Below, piece by piece: positions 38,001 to 50,680 of a stretch of 64,000 nt of DNA. The translations under genes were made by a program, and so were the position numbers. The notes under the pieces were generated by a model. It was not told where the DNA came from. It made no database searches and worked only from the letters and a program-made list of their open reading frames with translations. Source of the stretch: Chlorokybus atmophyticus. Lineage: Eukaryota; Plantae; Mesostigma and Chlorokybus algae. Where the stretch lies: NCBI GenBank assembly GCA_009103225.1, contig RHPI01003536.1, forward strand, positions 1-64,000, read 5' to 3'. Every line of letters starts with the position of its first letter. Positions within the stretch are counted from its first letter, which is position 1.

Positions 38001-39794
38001 CTGATAGCAATGGAAGTTACTATCAGGTCCCTGTAACAAGATTACAGGTGGACTGAGCCACGACAGTCTAAATTAGTATTTTCAAGTGCACGGCCGTTGC
38101 CAGTATTTAGTCGGCCGGCAAGGAAAACATATTGCGACAATGCGCTTCCAGTGTGGGCCTTTCAGCAAGTGGTTGCGGAAAGTGCCATGTTGCATTTCCT
38201 CTTGCCTTTCTCTCGCAGAACAGCTCGAAGAACTTGCGTTGCTTGGGCATTAACTCCATTGGTATGCGCGTCCTCCTCACACTGCGTCTTGATTGTCGAA
38301 TCTTCCTCCCTCCAGATGTCATGCATGTGCCTGTACAGAGCCTCCTATACTTTGCAGAGGAAGTTGTGGATGCGCTTCAAGTGTGAGCCTTCCAGCAAGT
38401 GGTTGCGGAAAGTGGAAGCAGAGAACCCACTCTCTACCGCCATGGCATCCATGCCAGCATACAAATATATTTTCATCAGCACGGGCTACATGTGCATCAG
38501 AACATTGAAGTCTCCAGGTAGGGGCACAACTCAATCCCAATAGCCAGGCTCTGCTCTCTTCAAGGAGACCATCAAGGCAAAGGTCTTTCGATCACCTGTT
38601 ACACATCTCGCTTTAAGCATCACTCAACACAACCTTGTTGCGCAGCTGCAACAGTGCCATCTTCAGGTTGTTAATCTTGTCCGGACAGAATGGGAGCACT
38701 GACAGGTACTCAATATCATTAGCCTCTGTAGTTGTGTTCCCACTAGCCATTTGCACATATCTCGCCCAATTGTCCATAAGAGGCGGCAATGCCGACTGAT
38801 GCTCAGCACGCATCCGCAATACCACAATGTTGTGCAATGTAGCGCGAAATGACTCCATTGCGCACTTCTCGGCAGGCAGCATGTTGAGCATTGGTTCACT
38901 ACGCACTGTCGCATGAGCCCTCGGCCGTGGAGGTGGTGGCGGCATGGGCTCCACCATTGGCTCCAGAATCATGGCCTCTGACAGCGTGCGCTTGCGTGTG
39001 GTCCGCACGGGATTAGCCGTGTAGCATGAGTGTGTGTGCGGCGCACAGCATATGGAGATGCAACAAAATCAGCCCAACTCTGACTTACCTCTAATTCTAG
39101 TTCTGCAGCAGCGTCCTGTCCCACCGTGAAGATGAGTTGAGTCGATGTAGCATGAATGTCACCAATGGTTCCTCCTTTGTACTTAGCGATGATGCCCCGC
39201 CCGCACATCCAAATTGTCAATGGAAGCCAAGACATGTCTCCAAGGGCCAGGCTGCAATTGCGCCACAGAGTCCATAGCATGAGTAGCACGCCGGTGTATA
39301 TGACGGTCCAAATGACTGCATATGGCTGTCACTCCAATGCGATTCAAAGTCTTCAGTTGCTTGTTGCCCTGGCTTCATGTCCACCTGGTCCGTGATCACC
39401 ATGTGCACCGGCGACACAGCCCACTTGCTCCGTGCATAGATTGCAGACTGCATTATGCACAGTGTCTTGTTACGCAGCATCACCATGGACCGTGCGTGCC
39501 TAGGTCCAGGATCCTTGACCCAATCCATTGCATTTAATCCTGTCAGAGCACCAAACACCTTCCGTGACGGCATACACGTGTTCTCCCACTCCTTCGGCCA
39601 GTCCACGAAGCGCAAGTCATGAACCACCATGTTGCGTTTAACCTTGCGCTTGCGCTCCACCTCTATGTGTTTGTTGAGCGTACGCAGTAGTGCGACAGGG
39701 AGATCCTCTTCATCCACAGCCTGCACTCCATTGGCCTTGGACTGCGTCGTTGCAGGCAAGTTAGTCACCCTCATTGCATGACGCAGGAGACATG

Positions 39795-40863
39795 TGTCGG
39801 GTCGAGGAGAGTTGAGGGTCATGCTATCTCGGGCCGCTTCAGAGAAAGACATGCTGGCTCGCCTTGGTGCTGCAACATGTTGTAACATGTAGCAAAAGTA
39901 AAAGATAACCCAGCTTGTATGGCAAGGAGTGCTTGGTGAAGCTGCTCCGCTGTCGTTGGATAACACGGACATGTGGAGGCGGTGTCCTCCTTAATGTACA
40001 TGCTATGATGTAGGACACATAGTCAACAAGCCAATACTAGAGGTAGTGCCGTTTACACAGTTCTTTGCGTGAGCTAAAAATGCATTACACTGTTAAGTGA
40101 GGTGAATGAGCAAACAACACGTGGATACTATGCTATAACTGATGCCAACAAACACACTACAACCAGGCACACCAAGCTCACAGCAATGACAAGCACGATG
40201 CACACGAACATGCACAGGCTCTCGAACAGTGAGGGGGTTCTTAATAAACTGGATGGCGTGTGTGCAGTTCAAGTCGTTTCACAAGCTCTTAGCTGTCTCA
40301 CTCACAGTGTCACCAGCTGATCCGGTGAACACCGTGACGACTTATACACATTGAATCATGATTGTTCAGAACATAAGCTAACGGTCATATCGGTGCTATC
40401 TCCACAACAATTATCACTCGATTTTAAACACAAGTTATAACTGAACTCACAACTAAACAGCTACGCGCGGTGCCTATGTAGGCTATGGCCGTGAGCTACT
40501 TTAGAGTCATAACGTAGCTACTGGTCAGTGACGCGCGCGCGTTGGTATGCTGGTAGGCCGGGCGATGGTTTTGATGTTGGCATGCTCGATTAAGGCTGAT
40601 ACGCGCGGACAATAGGCATGACAGCTGTCGGGTCGAGGAGAGTCGAGGGTCACGCTGTCTCGGGCCGCTGCAGGGAAAGACATGCTGGCTCGCCCTGGTG
40701 CTGCAACATGTTGTAACATGTAGTCAAAGTAAAAGATGACCCAGCTCGTATGGCAAGGAGTGCTTGGTGGAGCTGCTCCACTGTCGCTGAATAACACGGA
40801 CATGTGGAGGCGGTGTCCTCCTTTGAGTACATGCTGTGCTGTAGGATACGGAGTCAACAAGCC
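39795..40863. repeat. 238-bp direct duplication (39795-40032 and 40626-40863) inside the Academ ORF
   Basis: Colinear by eye. Differences are mostly transitions, several of them CG vs TG/CA. Confidence 0.9.
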
Positions 40864-40941
40864 ACCCCCCCCTTGAGCTTCTGGGGAGGTTCCAGCTTCA
40901 GAGCTCAGTTGTTAACACAGGTGAGGAGGGCCGTTGATGCT

Positions 40942-41071
40942 GCAATCGTCGCACCAGTACTCCTCCATGGGTATTGCGTCCAATGAAAGCTCCAGACAGT
41001 AGCAATGCAGGCCCTTGTTACAGCCATCGCATCATGAGTGCGTCGTCGCCGGCACTGTCGCAGCGTTCACA
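40942..41071 (-). pseudogene. PHD zinc finger (C4HC3), with one frameshift
   Basis: CERCDSAGDDALM / CDGCNKGLHCYCLELSLDAIPMEEYWCDDC. Confidence 0.85.
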
Positions 41072-41802
41072 GCGTGTGCTACGGGCGGGGCAAGGGTGCT
41101 TGATGCGCGCAAAGCCAGCTATGTAAGGAAGGTGAGGTGCTGCCATTGGTTGTTCAGGGAATTCGTTGAAAATTAACGGCCGTCATGGGTCATCATGTGA
41201 CATGCCTAATATCATCCTTATTATAACAATTTATTGCAGCATGTATTGCATTTGTCGTGCATCTGCAATTTAAGCCGTGAATGTGCAATCTATTTACTGC
41301 ACGCGCTAACGGTGATGAACATGTAGTCCACATGTGGGTAAATCATCAAATCGCTATTCAAGATGGAGCATAATAGTCACAAGAAACGAACGTGTCCATG
41401 CCTACACAACTACGTGCGCGCGCATGCACACTATATTAGCAGGGCCGCTAGCAGAGCGTCCGCCTCCGCAGCAGCCGCTGTCGTCGTTGGTAGTGTCAAG
41501 CCAAGCATTGCCGACACTACTGCTGCTCCCCTCTTGAGCACTGGCAAGCCTTGAGCCCGCTGCAGCACGCACGACACGCGTTGCCTATGAAGCGAAAAAA
41601 GGCGACAGCCGGTTGGGCGGGAGGTCCTTCACTGACAACGTGCGTGGCACATGCGGATTAATGGTGTAAATTGATATCGGCAGGGATAGGACTGCACGCT
41701 TGGTCGTTGAAGTTCACGCTTATGACCCATGACTCGATAGACTTCATTGATTACCGATTAACATTGAGGCCATTTGCCGTAGATGCTCTGATTTTCGCGG
41801 GT

Positions 41803-44105
41803 CCAATACCTGGGTGAGAGTGCTCAGTACTCGCATGCATTCACCAGCATCCATCTCACACGTTTGCATGGCATGACTGAAACACCTAACCCAACCGCAC
41901 CTGAGGTGGGTCATGTGTTGCGGTAAGGTGAGAAGAGTGACACCGCGGTCTCTGGCCTTTTCCAAGAATTCTGGGTTCATGCGGGAAGAGTGTCTATCAA
42001 GGAGGAACAGCATGGGGCGGTCTACACTGCAAACCCGAGGTACATGATTAACAAAGAAGTCAGACCACTCTGCAAAGATCTCCAATATTATGTATGCATT
42101 GTTTTGCATGCGCATTACAGAGCAGGATGGTGACGGTGAGTGCTGGAGGTAGTTGTCTGTGAATTGCTTGCCCTTGAAGATATACAAGGGGGTGCATGAA
42201 TTGCCCGCTGCATCAACACAAGCCATGACGGACATATGCTCCCGGCTGCCAACTTGGTTGTAATAAGGCTTCTTATAGCCCTTCCTGCAGATCACTTCGA
42301 CTATGCCTGCAGGCATGCCCATTATGATCTCACTATCATACATCAACCCTTACTTGTTATAGGACTTACCTTAGTTGTCAAACTCAAACCCAGTCTCATT
42401 CGCATTGCATATGTGTGCAAGGTCACAAATGTCCAGCTCCTCCTATGTCTGTGCATACAAGTTAAAATGCCTTCACGTTGTCTCGCGTGCAGGCCTGCCA
42501 TCTGCTGCAGTCAAGCCTCCCTGCCACTCTGGAGGCAAGGTTGTGTCTCGCCATGAACAACCTCAACCACTTGTACCCAGAACAGCCAGCTGCAACAAAA
42601 CGCTTGAGGCGATCATCCTTCAACATTGCAAAATTGATTCTGCGCAATCTGTAACACACACACAGAGGTAAGTAAGACACACCCTGATGCACAATCAACA
42701 TAATTGCCGTACAAGCGTACACACACATGGGCACATGTGCACACTGTGAGCATACTTGCATGCTGCACATGCATACATGCTGCGACACATGCATATCATA
42801 TGCATGAAGGCAGTGCCTTCATGCATAATGCACTTACATGCACGCTTAGAACATGTATACTCACCTTTTAAAATAGGGCAGGCCTAGTGACTACATAATT
42901 GCCGTCTGCCATTCAGTTAACCCAGACCACTACCTCTTCCTCCTCTGCTTCGGTGAGGACCGGTTGGCAACCAGGGCTGCGAGGCAGCTGCAGCTTCTCT
43001 GGACATGTGTAGTAATCGTAGAGTGTGGACTTGGCGACCCCATGCTTCTCTGCAGCGACCCTCAAGCTGACACCAACCTTAACGTCATATACAGCTACCG
43101 CCACCTTCATGATTATGCCTCTACCATGGTAGCTAATGTAGTGCATACCCGTGCGCCTTGTCATGCTTGCCACCTGCCTCAAAACCCTCTTACTGCGACC
43201 CTTAAGCTTCTTGAGCCTGCGAGGTGCTGAGGGTGTGCTGGCATTGCGCTTGCTGCTCTCTGCTAGGGTCGCCTCAGGCGTCCTGCATTCACACATTCAA
43301 AGTCATCATAAAGGGGCTATGATGATTGTTGCAACCAACACTAAGCCCTAAGCTTGGCTAATACTATTAATAGCTAGTAGCTAGTGTGTATAGCATGCTA
43401 GGTAGCTGGTATAACTTGATGCAAGTGCATGTGTGTAAGCAACAGCAATGCCATTGCACGACTACACAACCATGTTTGTGTGTATGGCATGCAGCATGTA
43501 TGTGTGTGCACCTCTGGGGTTGTCTTGTGATGCTTGCTGCGCCTGTGTAATTACCATTCTCTGTCCTTGCAACCCCCACACCCGCGAGTGACCCTTGAGC
43601 AAAACCCCAACACGCATAAACCGCCCACAACCCAACACACAAGCATATAATGCAACTACCATTGCACTTGCATTTGCATAGCGCGAATCCCACTCTCGGA
43701 CACCATTTTCACACTGTCACACTGCCCGCCATAATTTGCAAACGGTGAGGCACTTAGACAAACCATCTTAGGGTATTATGGTTTACAACAATGGCTATCT
43801 ATAAAGCTTAACCATACCCAATTCGGACAACTGTGCTAGGATCGTGTATAGCTCAAAGTCAACTAAATTGTGCACGCATCACTGAGTGTCACTGCTAGGA
43901 CTGCAGCCATGGCGCCAAAGCCAATCTAAATGACTCATTCAAGCTGTTACTTGGTGGTCCACACCCATTGGTCATAAGCAACACACCAATGCATTGTATA
44001 CCCCCATTGAGTGCCGACACACACACAGGCCACTACAATCACACAAAGGCCTCAAGGCAGGTGTTGTCCAATTGGGCCACTGTCCGAAATTGGTTCCAAT
44101 TACCC
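41803..44105 (-). mobile_element. pogo/Fot1-like element 2 (psq-HTH, Tc5-HTH, DDE_1), 3'-truncated, intron-containing, decayed
   Basis: GVSLRVAAEKHGVAKSTLYD; PVLTEAEEEEVV; KWLRLFMARHNL; ICNANETG; SREHMSVMACVDAAG...PLYIFKG; LLDRHSSR; LPQHMTHLQVLD, then a break. 5' end TA|GGGTAATTGGAACCAATTTCGG at 44107-44084. Confidence 0.85.
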
Positions 44106-46706
44106 TACACGCACACATACCAACCATGCGACATATATGAGACATGTGCTACATGATTTATTGCCAACCTTGCCTCCGCCCTGCCTGCATGCCAATACCT
44201 TGCCCGTCTTGCATTGCACTGGTTCATTGCATGCACATACAGTAGCAGCTACATTACGTGCATGCAACCAAGATTGAACCTTGCAATACATGTGTACACC
44301 TCATGTTTACTATTATCTCGTTAACTAATAATTGATCCGCACCTTACTATACACATAGCTCTATGAGCTCCATGATAGCGTTTAAAACGGGTTTCATTTG
44401 AGTACATGATACTTACATATACATAAAAATGCATTACAAATTCCACACAACATACTAATTATTGCTTATGGTTACAATTTCATCTTTAATGAACATGTAA
44501 TTATGTTATAACTCTTGCTTAAGAAACCCTAATTAAGCATAGCAATTTTACCATTGTTACAATACATAAGATATATATGCATTTTACTTCAGCAAAACGC
44601 AGCTGCTAGTTTCATGCAAGGGAACAACTGGTTTTATACCTTACTACTATTAAGTATACGCTTATATGTAATTTTCATTGCTTGATAAATATTAAAATAA
44701 TGAGGGTATGTATAATGCATAAATGTTTTCATTATTATTTATTTCAATGTGTACCAAACCTCCCCTATTGTTGTGGAGAGAGATGATATGAAGCTTTATG
44801 ACATCTGTTATATACAAACAGTGCTATTACTTGAGTATGAATAAAGAAGTACTTTATTTCAAACATGCATATACAAGCCCTCGCAGTGCATATTTCCAAT
44901 TTGCGTATACACATTAAGCGCAGTAATCACTTAAAGATTATGCGTATATATTCGTGATGTGCAACTATGCGTTGAACGTATACCGAGCGCGTGTTTATTT
45001 AAGACACATTTAAACTTCACGTGTCACTTCGACTTTGTTTTAGTGTATTGATCGGCACTTGACGTCAATCATATTAATAAACGCACACAAGTCGCTTATG
45101 AATATGCATTCCCACCATGCCAACTTGCTGCGTGTGCAATGTTGATTTTATTGTAATCATACGCGCTTGCAAATAACCGTAAATGCGAAAACTATGCTGA
45201 GCAATATTGTAGTGCATCGTGTCATCCGGTTGTGTTTGTTTTGTTAAGCCAGACAGAATTTAATATGTGTTTCAGCGGGACACTTGCCAACTTCTTATAC
45301 ATTTGCGCGTATAGCCGTACAGACGCAAGAACGCTACAAAGGCAGCTACGCACAAATAAAAAGCACTCGAAAGCCTTTTTGCAAATTACATTAAGTTCAA
45401 GTGTTGCATGCCGGTACTTATCCACAAGCATTTGACTACCCTAGCTTCAAGTAGTCACTATCATTCGAGTCAAACGCTGGACAACGGTTGCTCAAAGATA
45501 TTGACTTCGTTGCATGCTTGTTATTTGTGTTAAAGGTGATGGCAAGGTCACATATTATATGATGCTATGATAACAATGGTCATAAGCTATGACTTAAAGC
45601 AATGGATTTTGATAATGCATGTAGTAAAAAGTCGTTGTTATTGTTAGACAATACAGGTGAGGTTTACTATCGGTAATGCACGCTACGCATTGAAATGGCA
45701 TTCGTATGCAAAGCATACAGCATACATTTGACAATAATAACTTAATACACATTTTTTTATTGATATGGCAAAACTGTTGATAATGATAGCGTTAGCAATA
45801 GTAAAAGCTTGTCCGCATACCACTACTGGTATCTCGTATGCGCGAACAGCTGAATCGGTATCGATACCGTAATTTTTCATCAGCTTGGGTATCTTGACAC
45901 ACTGTATTGATGAGTGCAACGATTGTGCCTCATGTCAGGTTGCCCTGTATGTTATGCACTCAACGCGGATTTGCAACCGAATCATGGCTGTTCCGCACAG
46001 CTTGGCGTTCCGTATTGCTGCGCTTGTTAAATGTGTACGACACGCCATGTTGACTGTCTGCCTTATGATGTCAATGCCACGTTGTGGACTTGATATCATG
46101 TTTGTCGGCAGTCGGCGTTGTGCCCTGTCATTGAACCGACAGCACCACGCTGTCTTGTCGGCTTACAGGCGTACGCTCAGGCGTTCAGGTTAGCCCCCCA
46201 GAAGGCTTGAGTCACAGTACAAGATTGGCGCGTGTGCCACTTCTTGCTGCACGCCATGCCGCTGTCAGGTTGTACCCGGTGTTGCACGATACTTGGCGAT
46301 CGGTACTGTAGAACCGGTTCCGGTTAGCGTGTTCAAGGAGCGGGCGGTACCGTACCTCGCCTCCCTGGTGCAAATAACTTGCAAGTAACTGTACACTGGT
46401 AGCCTGCAATGATGCACTGAGAAGAGGAGCCCATTTACGCCGGCTGGAGGCATGCGCTCTGGTTGCAGCTCGCGCCTCTTCAAGCTCGCGTGGCATCGTT
46501 GCCGTTTCTGTGCGTAAGTGTGTGTGTAGGCGGAGTGTGGGGGAAGTGTCTTAGAGAGAGAGAGACAGAGAGAGAGAGAGGGAGAAGTGTTGCTGTTCAT
46601 CAGCGCTGTTGAACAGGTCGCAGGGACCTGTAGCTCACTAGGCGGTAGAAAGGCTTAGGGATACGCTTGTGTAGAGAGACAGCTCGCTTCTCAGAAGAAG
46701 CTCTCA

Positions 46707-48781
46707 GTGAGAGAAAGCGTGCATGGCGCGCTCAGCATCCTCCTCCTTATCGTTGCTATCAGTGCTGCTGTCTGCCTTCCCGCTGCAGCAGCTGAAGATG
46801 TCAAGGACGGTGTCGTTCAGATTCTTGAGCTTCTTCCACGTGAGAGGCCATCCACAGTGAGGAAGCGCTGCCACCAGTCTCTTGAAGGCAGGGCGGAGCG
46901 CTTTCTCGAGGATGGCGTAACGCCCGTGACGCTTGCGGACTGCGAGCGCAGCCCGCCTTGCGTCACGCCGAACTTCATGCACGAAGGAGACGACGCCAAA
47001 GACTACAAACACTGCGCAGCAAGGCCAAAACCCACAGCCTGGTAAGATCTAGAGAAACATGCACAAGGCATGCGGGCTGGGTGCATGCATTGCATGTTTC
47101 TGTCGTGTGATCAGCATCATTAGATTGGTTGAGAACAGACTAAAAGCAATCCGCCTTGTTGTCTGTCAGGACAACGTGGGATACGTACGTGAGGACAGTA
47201 TGGATGATGACGTCACCCTTGGTGGCAGCCCGCATCCGATGGCGCTACTAGCGGAGCTCACAGGCACCAAGACAGTCAATATGGTTGGCGACTCCATCAT
47301 ATTCCACGTGCGCAAGCTACACAAACTGCTGATTGTTGCAGATCAGATTGCATGAGTTTATGGGCATCATGTGCTCGCACAGGCACATATAGATACGCGC
47401 ATGCATTAGCCCCCCCCCCCCCCCCCCNGCGCATGCACACGCACACATGCGCACACAAATACATACTGTGAGAGCAAAGACACCCGCTCCCGCACTCGCA
47501 CGTGCACAAGGATACATTGTGAAGTACACTCTTGCACACGCGCACGCATATCCTTGCACATGCGCACATGCACGCGTAGTTGTCTGCATGCGCGTGAACT
47601 TGGAGACGTTCTACTCGTTGCTGTGCGGGCTAGTGCGCGCGGGGCTCGGGAAAAAGGGTTGCTTGGCTCAGGACAACATTGGCAGAGCGCGGCGCATCCT
47701 TCACAAAGGTGAGTGAGTGTATGTGTGTATGTGTGTGTCCATTCCCTGCCTGTATTGTGCCATATGCTCTGTCATGATGAAGTTGCACTTGTTTGGTTCT
47801 AATGACAGGGTGTGGCGGCACGCTGTTTCCCGCGTGTGTTCTTACAACAAGGATGTGCTGGCGGGATTTCTGGGCCGATATCGCCATCGTCAACTACGGC
47901 CTAAACTACACAGTGCGTGTGTATTGATGTACATACATACACGCACGCGCACACTCGCTGTGGACGCGGGTGTGCATGCATTCAGCATTATATGGCCGCC
48001 TGATTACACTTGCCAAGTGAAGCAGCCATAGTTGTGCCTGGGTACCGATAATGCAGGTAGCTCACTTTCTTCCAACGAAGCACGACTTCTCGTGCGCGAA
48101 GTTTTGAGCTTGAAAGGTTTGCCGAAGACATGATCAGCTTCCAATCACAGTGAACACCCCCGGCGGCAAGATCGCTGTGGTCAGAGGGATGAGGTGAGAG
48201 ACAACACAACACACCACATCACGAACATGATGATGAGTCATCTAGTTCACGCGCTGTTGTGTGGGGGTACAGCGAGTAGCATTTCCAGCACTCGGGCGCG
48301 TGGAACCTGTCCGACCCAACGCACCGAAGCAACTGCACGTGCGCGAGGATGGAGCCGCGCATGGCGGAGACAAACCACGTGGCCACGCAGGACCGCATAC
48401 TACAAGAGGTGTATACCATATGCACATGTGCGTCCGTGTGCGTCCGTGTGTGAGGGTGCGCGTGAGCGCGTGTGCGTGCGTGCGTGCGTGCATGCGTGTT
48501 GTCAACTTTTTGTGTCACCCAACATGTCGATTGTTTTTAGGTGGTGGTGCGCGCATTGTCATCATCTGATCGGCTGCTGTTTCTGCCGCTGTACGACCTG
48601 AGGGTGCAGCGGCACGACATGCAGGCGTGCAAGCGCATTGGAGGCAACCAATCCAACTACGCGTTGACTGGCTGCTGTAATCGTGAGTCGTGCATGTCGT
48701 AACGCTCGTGTTGGCCTCTCTCATCACTGCACGCACGCACGCACGCACATGGTATGTGCGCGTGTACGCGCGTACACACAA

Positions 48782-48837
<56 letters not shown>

Positions 48838-49203
48838 NNNNNNNNNNNNNNNNNNNNNNNNNNNNNNNNNNNNNNNNNNNNNNNNNNNNNNNNNNNNNNN
48901 NNNNNNNNNNNNNNNNNNNNNNNNNNNNNNNNNNNNNNNNNNNNNNNNNNNNNNNNNNNNNNNNNNNNNNNNNNNNNNNNNNNNNNNNNNNNNNNNNNNN
49001 NNNNNNNNNNNNNNNNNNNNNNNNNNNNNNNNNNNNNNNNNNNNNNNNNNNNNNNNNNNNNNNNNNNNNNNNNNNNNNNNNNNNNNNNNNNNNNNNNNNN
49101 NNNNNNNNNNNNNNNNNNNNNNNNNNNNNNNNNNNNNNNNNNNNNNNNNNNNNNNNNNNNNNNNNNNNNNNNNNNNNNNNNNNNNNNNNNNNNNNNNNNN
49201 NNN

Positions 49204-49258
<55 letters not shown>

Positions 49259-49263
49259 CGCAC

Positions 49264-49302
<39 letters not shown>

Positions 49303-49414
49303 CGCGCGCGTACATGACGGCCCTTTATCACTTGCCCTTTAACAGTTGCTGTTGTTTGCAGGCACGCACTACTGCTACACTCCAGGTTCGATTGCAACCA
49401 CGCTTACCGGTTGA
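46707..49414 (+). pseudogene. TBL/PC-esterase (SGNH-fold) polysaccharide O-acetyltransferase copy 1, frameshifted
   Basis: Signal peptide, VNMVGDSII (GDS), IVNYGL, QHF..SGAW, LFLPLYDL.VQRHDM and terminal THYCYTPG, in which the DCxH Asp is changed to Asn. No in-frame ATG and several frameshifts. Confidence 0.75.
48775..49300. repeat. (CA)n microsatellite spanning an assembly gap, in the last TBL intron
   Basis: Long CA runs on both sides of the N block. Confidence 0.9.
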
Positions 49415-50439
49415 GGCCTGCGCGTGACCTTAATGTTGTGTTGTTGTTTATTGCCTGCACAAACGCATCACCACATGTGCTGCGTTGCGCTGTTAGCAAT
49501 GCTTACGTGTGCGTGCGTCAGGATACTGGAACCAAGCCGCCAGGCTGCTCAACTTGTTAAAAGAGGTGATTGTGAGCAACACGTTTGTTGCGCTTCCGCT
49601 TGATTCTGATGTACAACCGTTGAACCCCTCAGGGGCTCTGTGACATGTCAAATGCTGTTTGCGTAGAGCCCATTGCCACATGAGATCAGGAGACTGCACC
49701 GACGCAACATCGACAGCACTGTTAACCAGTGAGGCATCACGCAGTCACTTTCATGAGCGCCAAGTGTTGGCCCACTTGCATGGTTAGGGCAGTGACAGTG
49801 CTACCACTACTTGGGAGCTAGAGTAAGGAAAAATGACAGGATAGGATGGTTGTAAGGCTTAGGCGCAGTTACTCGATCCAATGCCATAGGTACGTGCTGG
49901 AGTCATGTGGACAGTATACTGGTTGGTATAGTATACCGGTCAGTATACGGATAAGTGCGTTTGGCAATCTGAAGGCGGTTAATCGGGCGCGAAGAAGTTG
50001 AGAGCATGGACCTTGTTCAGCATGGATGTGCCCAAACAAATTGCTGTATGAGTATAGTTGATGAACGGCAAAGTCGTGATGTGCACTTAATCTTGCTTAA
50101 ATGTTGTAGACAATGCACAAGTGCACTCTTATTGTTGGTAATGCGATGACTCTCGCCAACGCACCGTTACCAGCAGGTTTCCAAAAAAACAAATAACTCA
50201 CGCACGGTGGCGTCCATAATAACATTGTTACTGGTGCATAAACTCATAATGTGAATATAACAACTGCCACGCATTCGCAACGAAGAAGGACGATTGCCAG
50301 ACCATGTCATGAAAGAGAAAATGAGCGGCAAGGGAGCGGATGGCACCTCGCGTTGCTTGAACAGATTGATGATGCGGCGGCCATTGCGACTGAGCTTGCC
50401 ATCCTGAGAGAGATGGAGGAAGCTGCACCTACCGGTGGC

Positions 50440-50680
50440 CACCCACTGACCAGTCAAGGTGAAAGGAGGCTACAGCAGTAAAGACATTGTCACCCCTGAG
50501 CGAGAGGAAGAACTCACCCGCATGCTTGACAAGTGGAGGACTCAATTTAGCTTCAGCATGACGGCGTTTAGAAAGTGCAACTTTTGCGAGCCTCGTAAAT
50601 CTGAGATGGACATCGAGCTCGACACCACCGTACCCATCTTGAAAATCAGCACCGATAGTCCAAGGTGGAAGAGCGAAGGA
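50440..50680 (+). mobile_element. Possible Ty3/gypsy pol fragment (protease-RT linker)
   Basis: IVTPEREEELTRMLDKWRTQFS...KCNF...MDIELDTTVPI resembles the segment just before gypsy RT. It is absent from the inverted paralogue. Confidence 0.35.

Larger units (their letters stand above)
38140..41100 (-). mobile_element. Academ-type transposase, N-terminal half with PHD finger, pseudogenised
   Basis: ASIDNLDV...HATSTQL (first catalytic D), IEYLSVLPFCPD, VTGDRKTF (second D), VVPLPGDFNVLMH. An upstream PHD finger lies at 40942-41071. Confidence 0.75.

Noticed and set aside
25600-41810. CGCGAAAA near 25604 and its inverse near 41795 as TIRs of the Academ-DNMT element
   Set aside because: Only about 8 bp match, with no TSD and no extended inverted homology. 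The element boundaries remain undefined.
42800-42826. Perfect 13-bp-arm palindrome ATGCATGAAGGCA-G-TGCCTTCATGCAT
   Set aside because: It is a single instance in an ATGCAT-rich intron, with no evidence of function.
43770-44107. TAGGGTA...TACCCTA as a 335-bp MITE
   Set aside because: The inverted match is only about 7 bp. The right end is better explained as the 5' TIR of pogo element 2.
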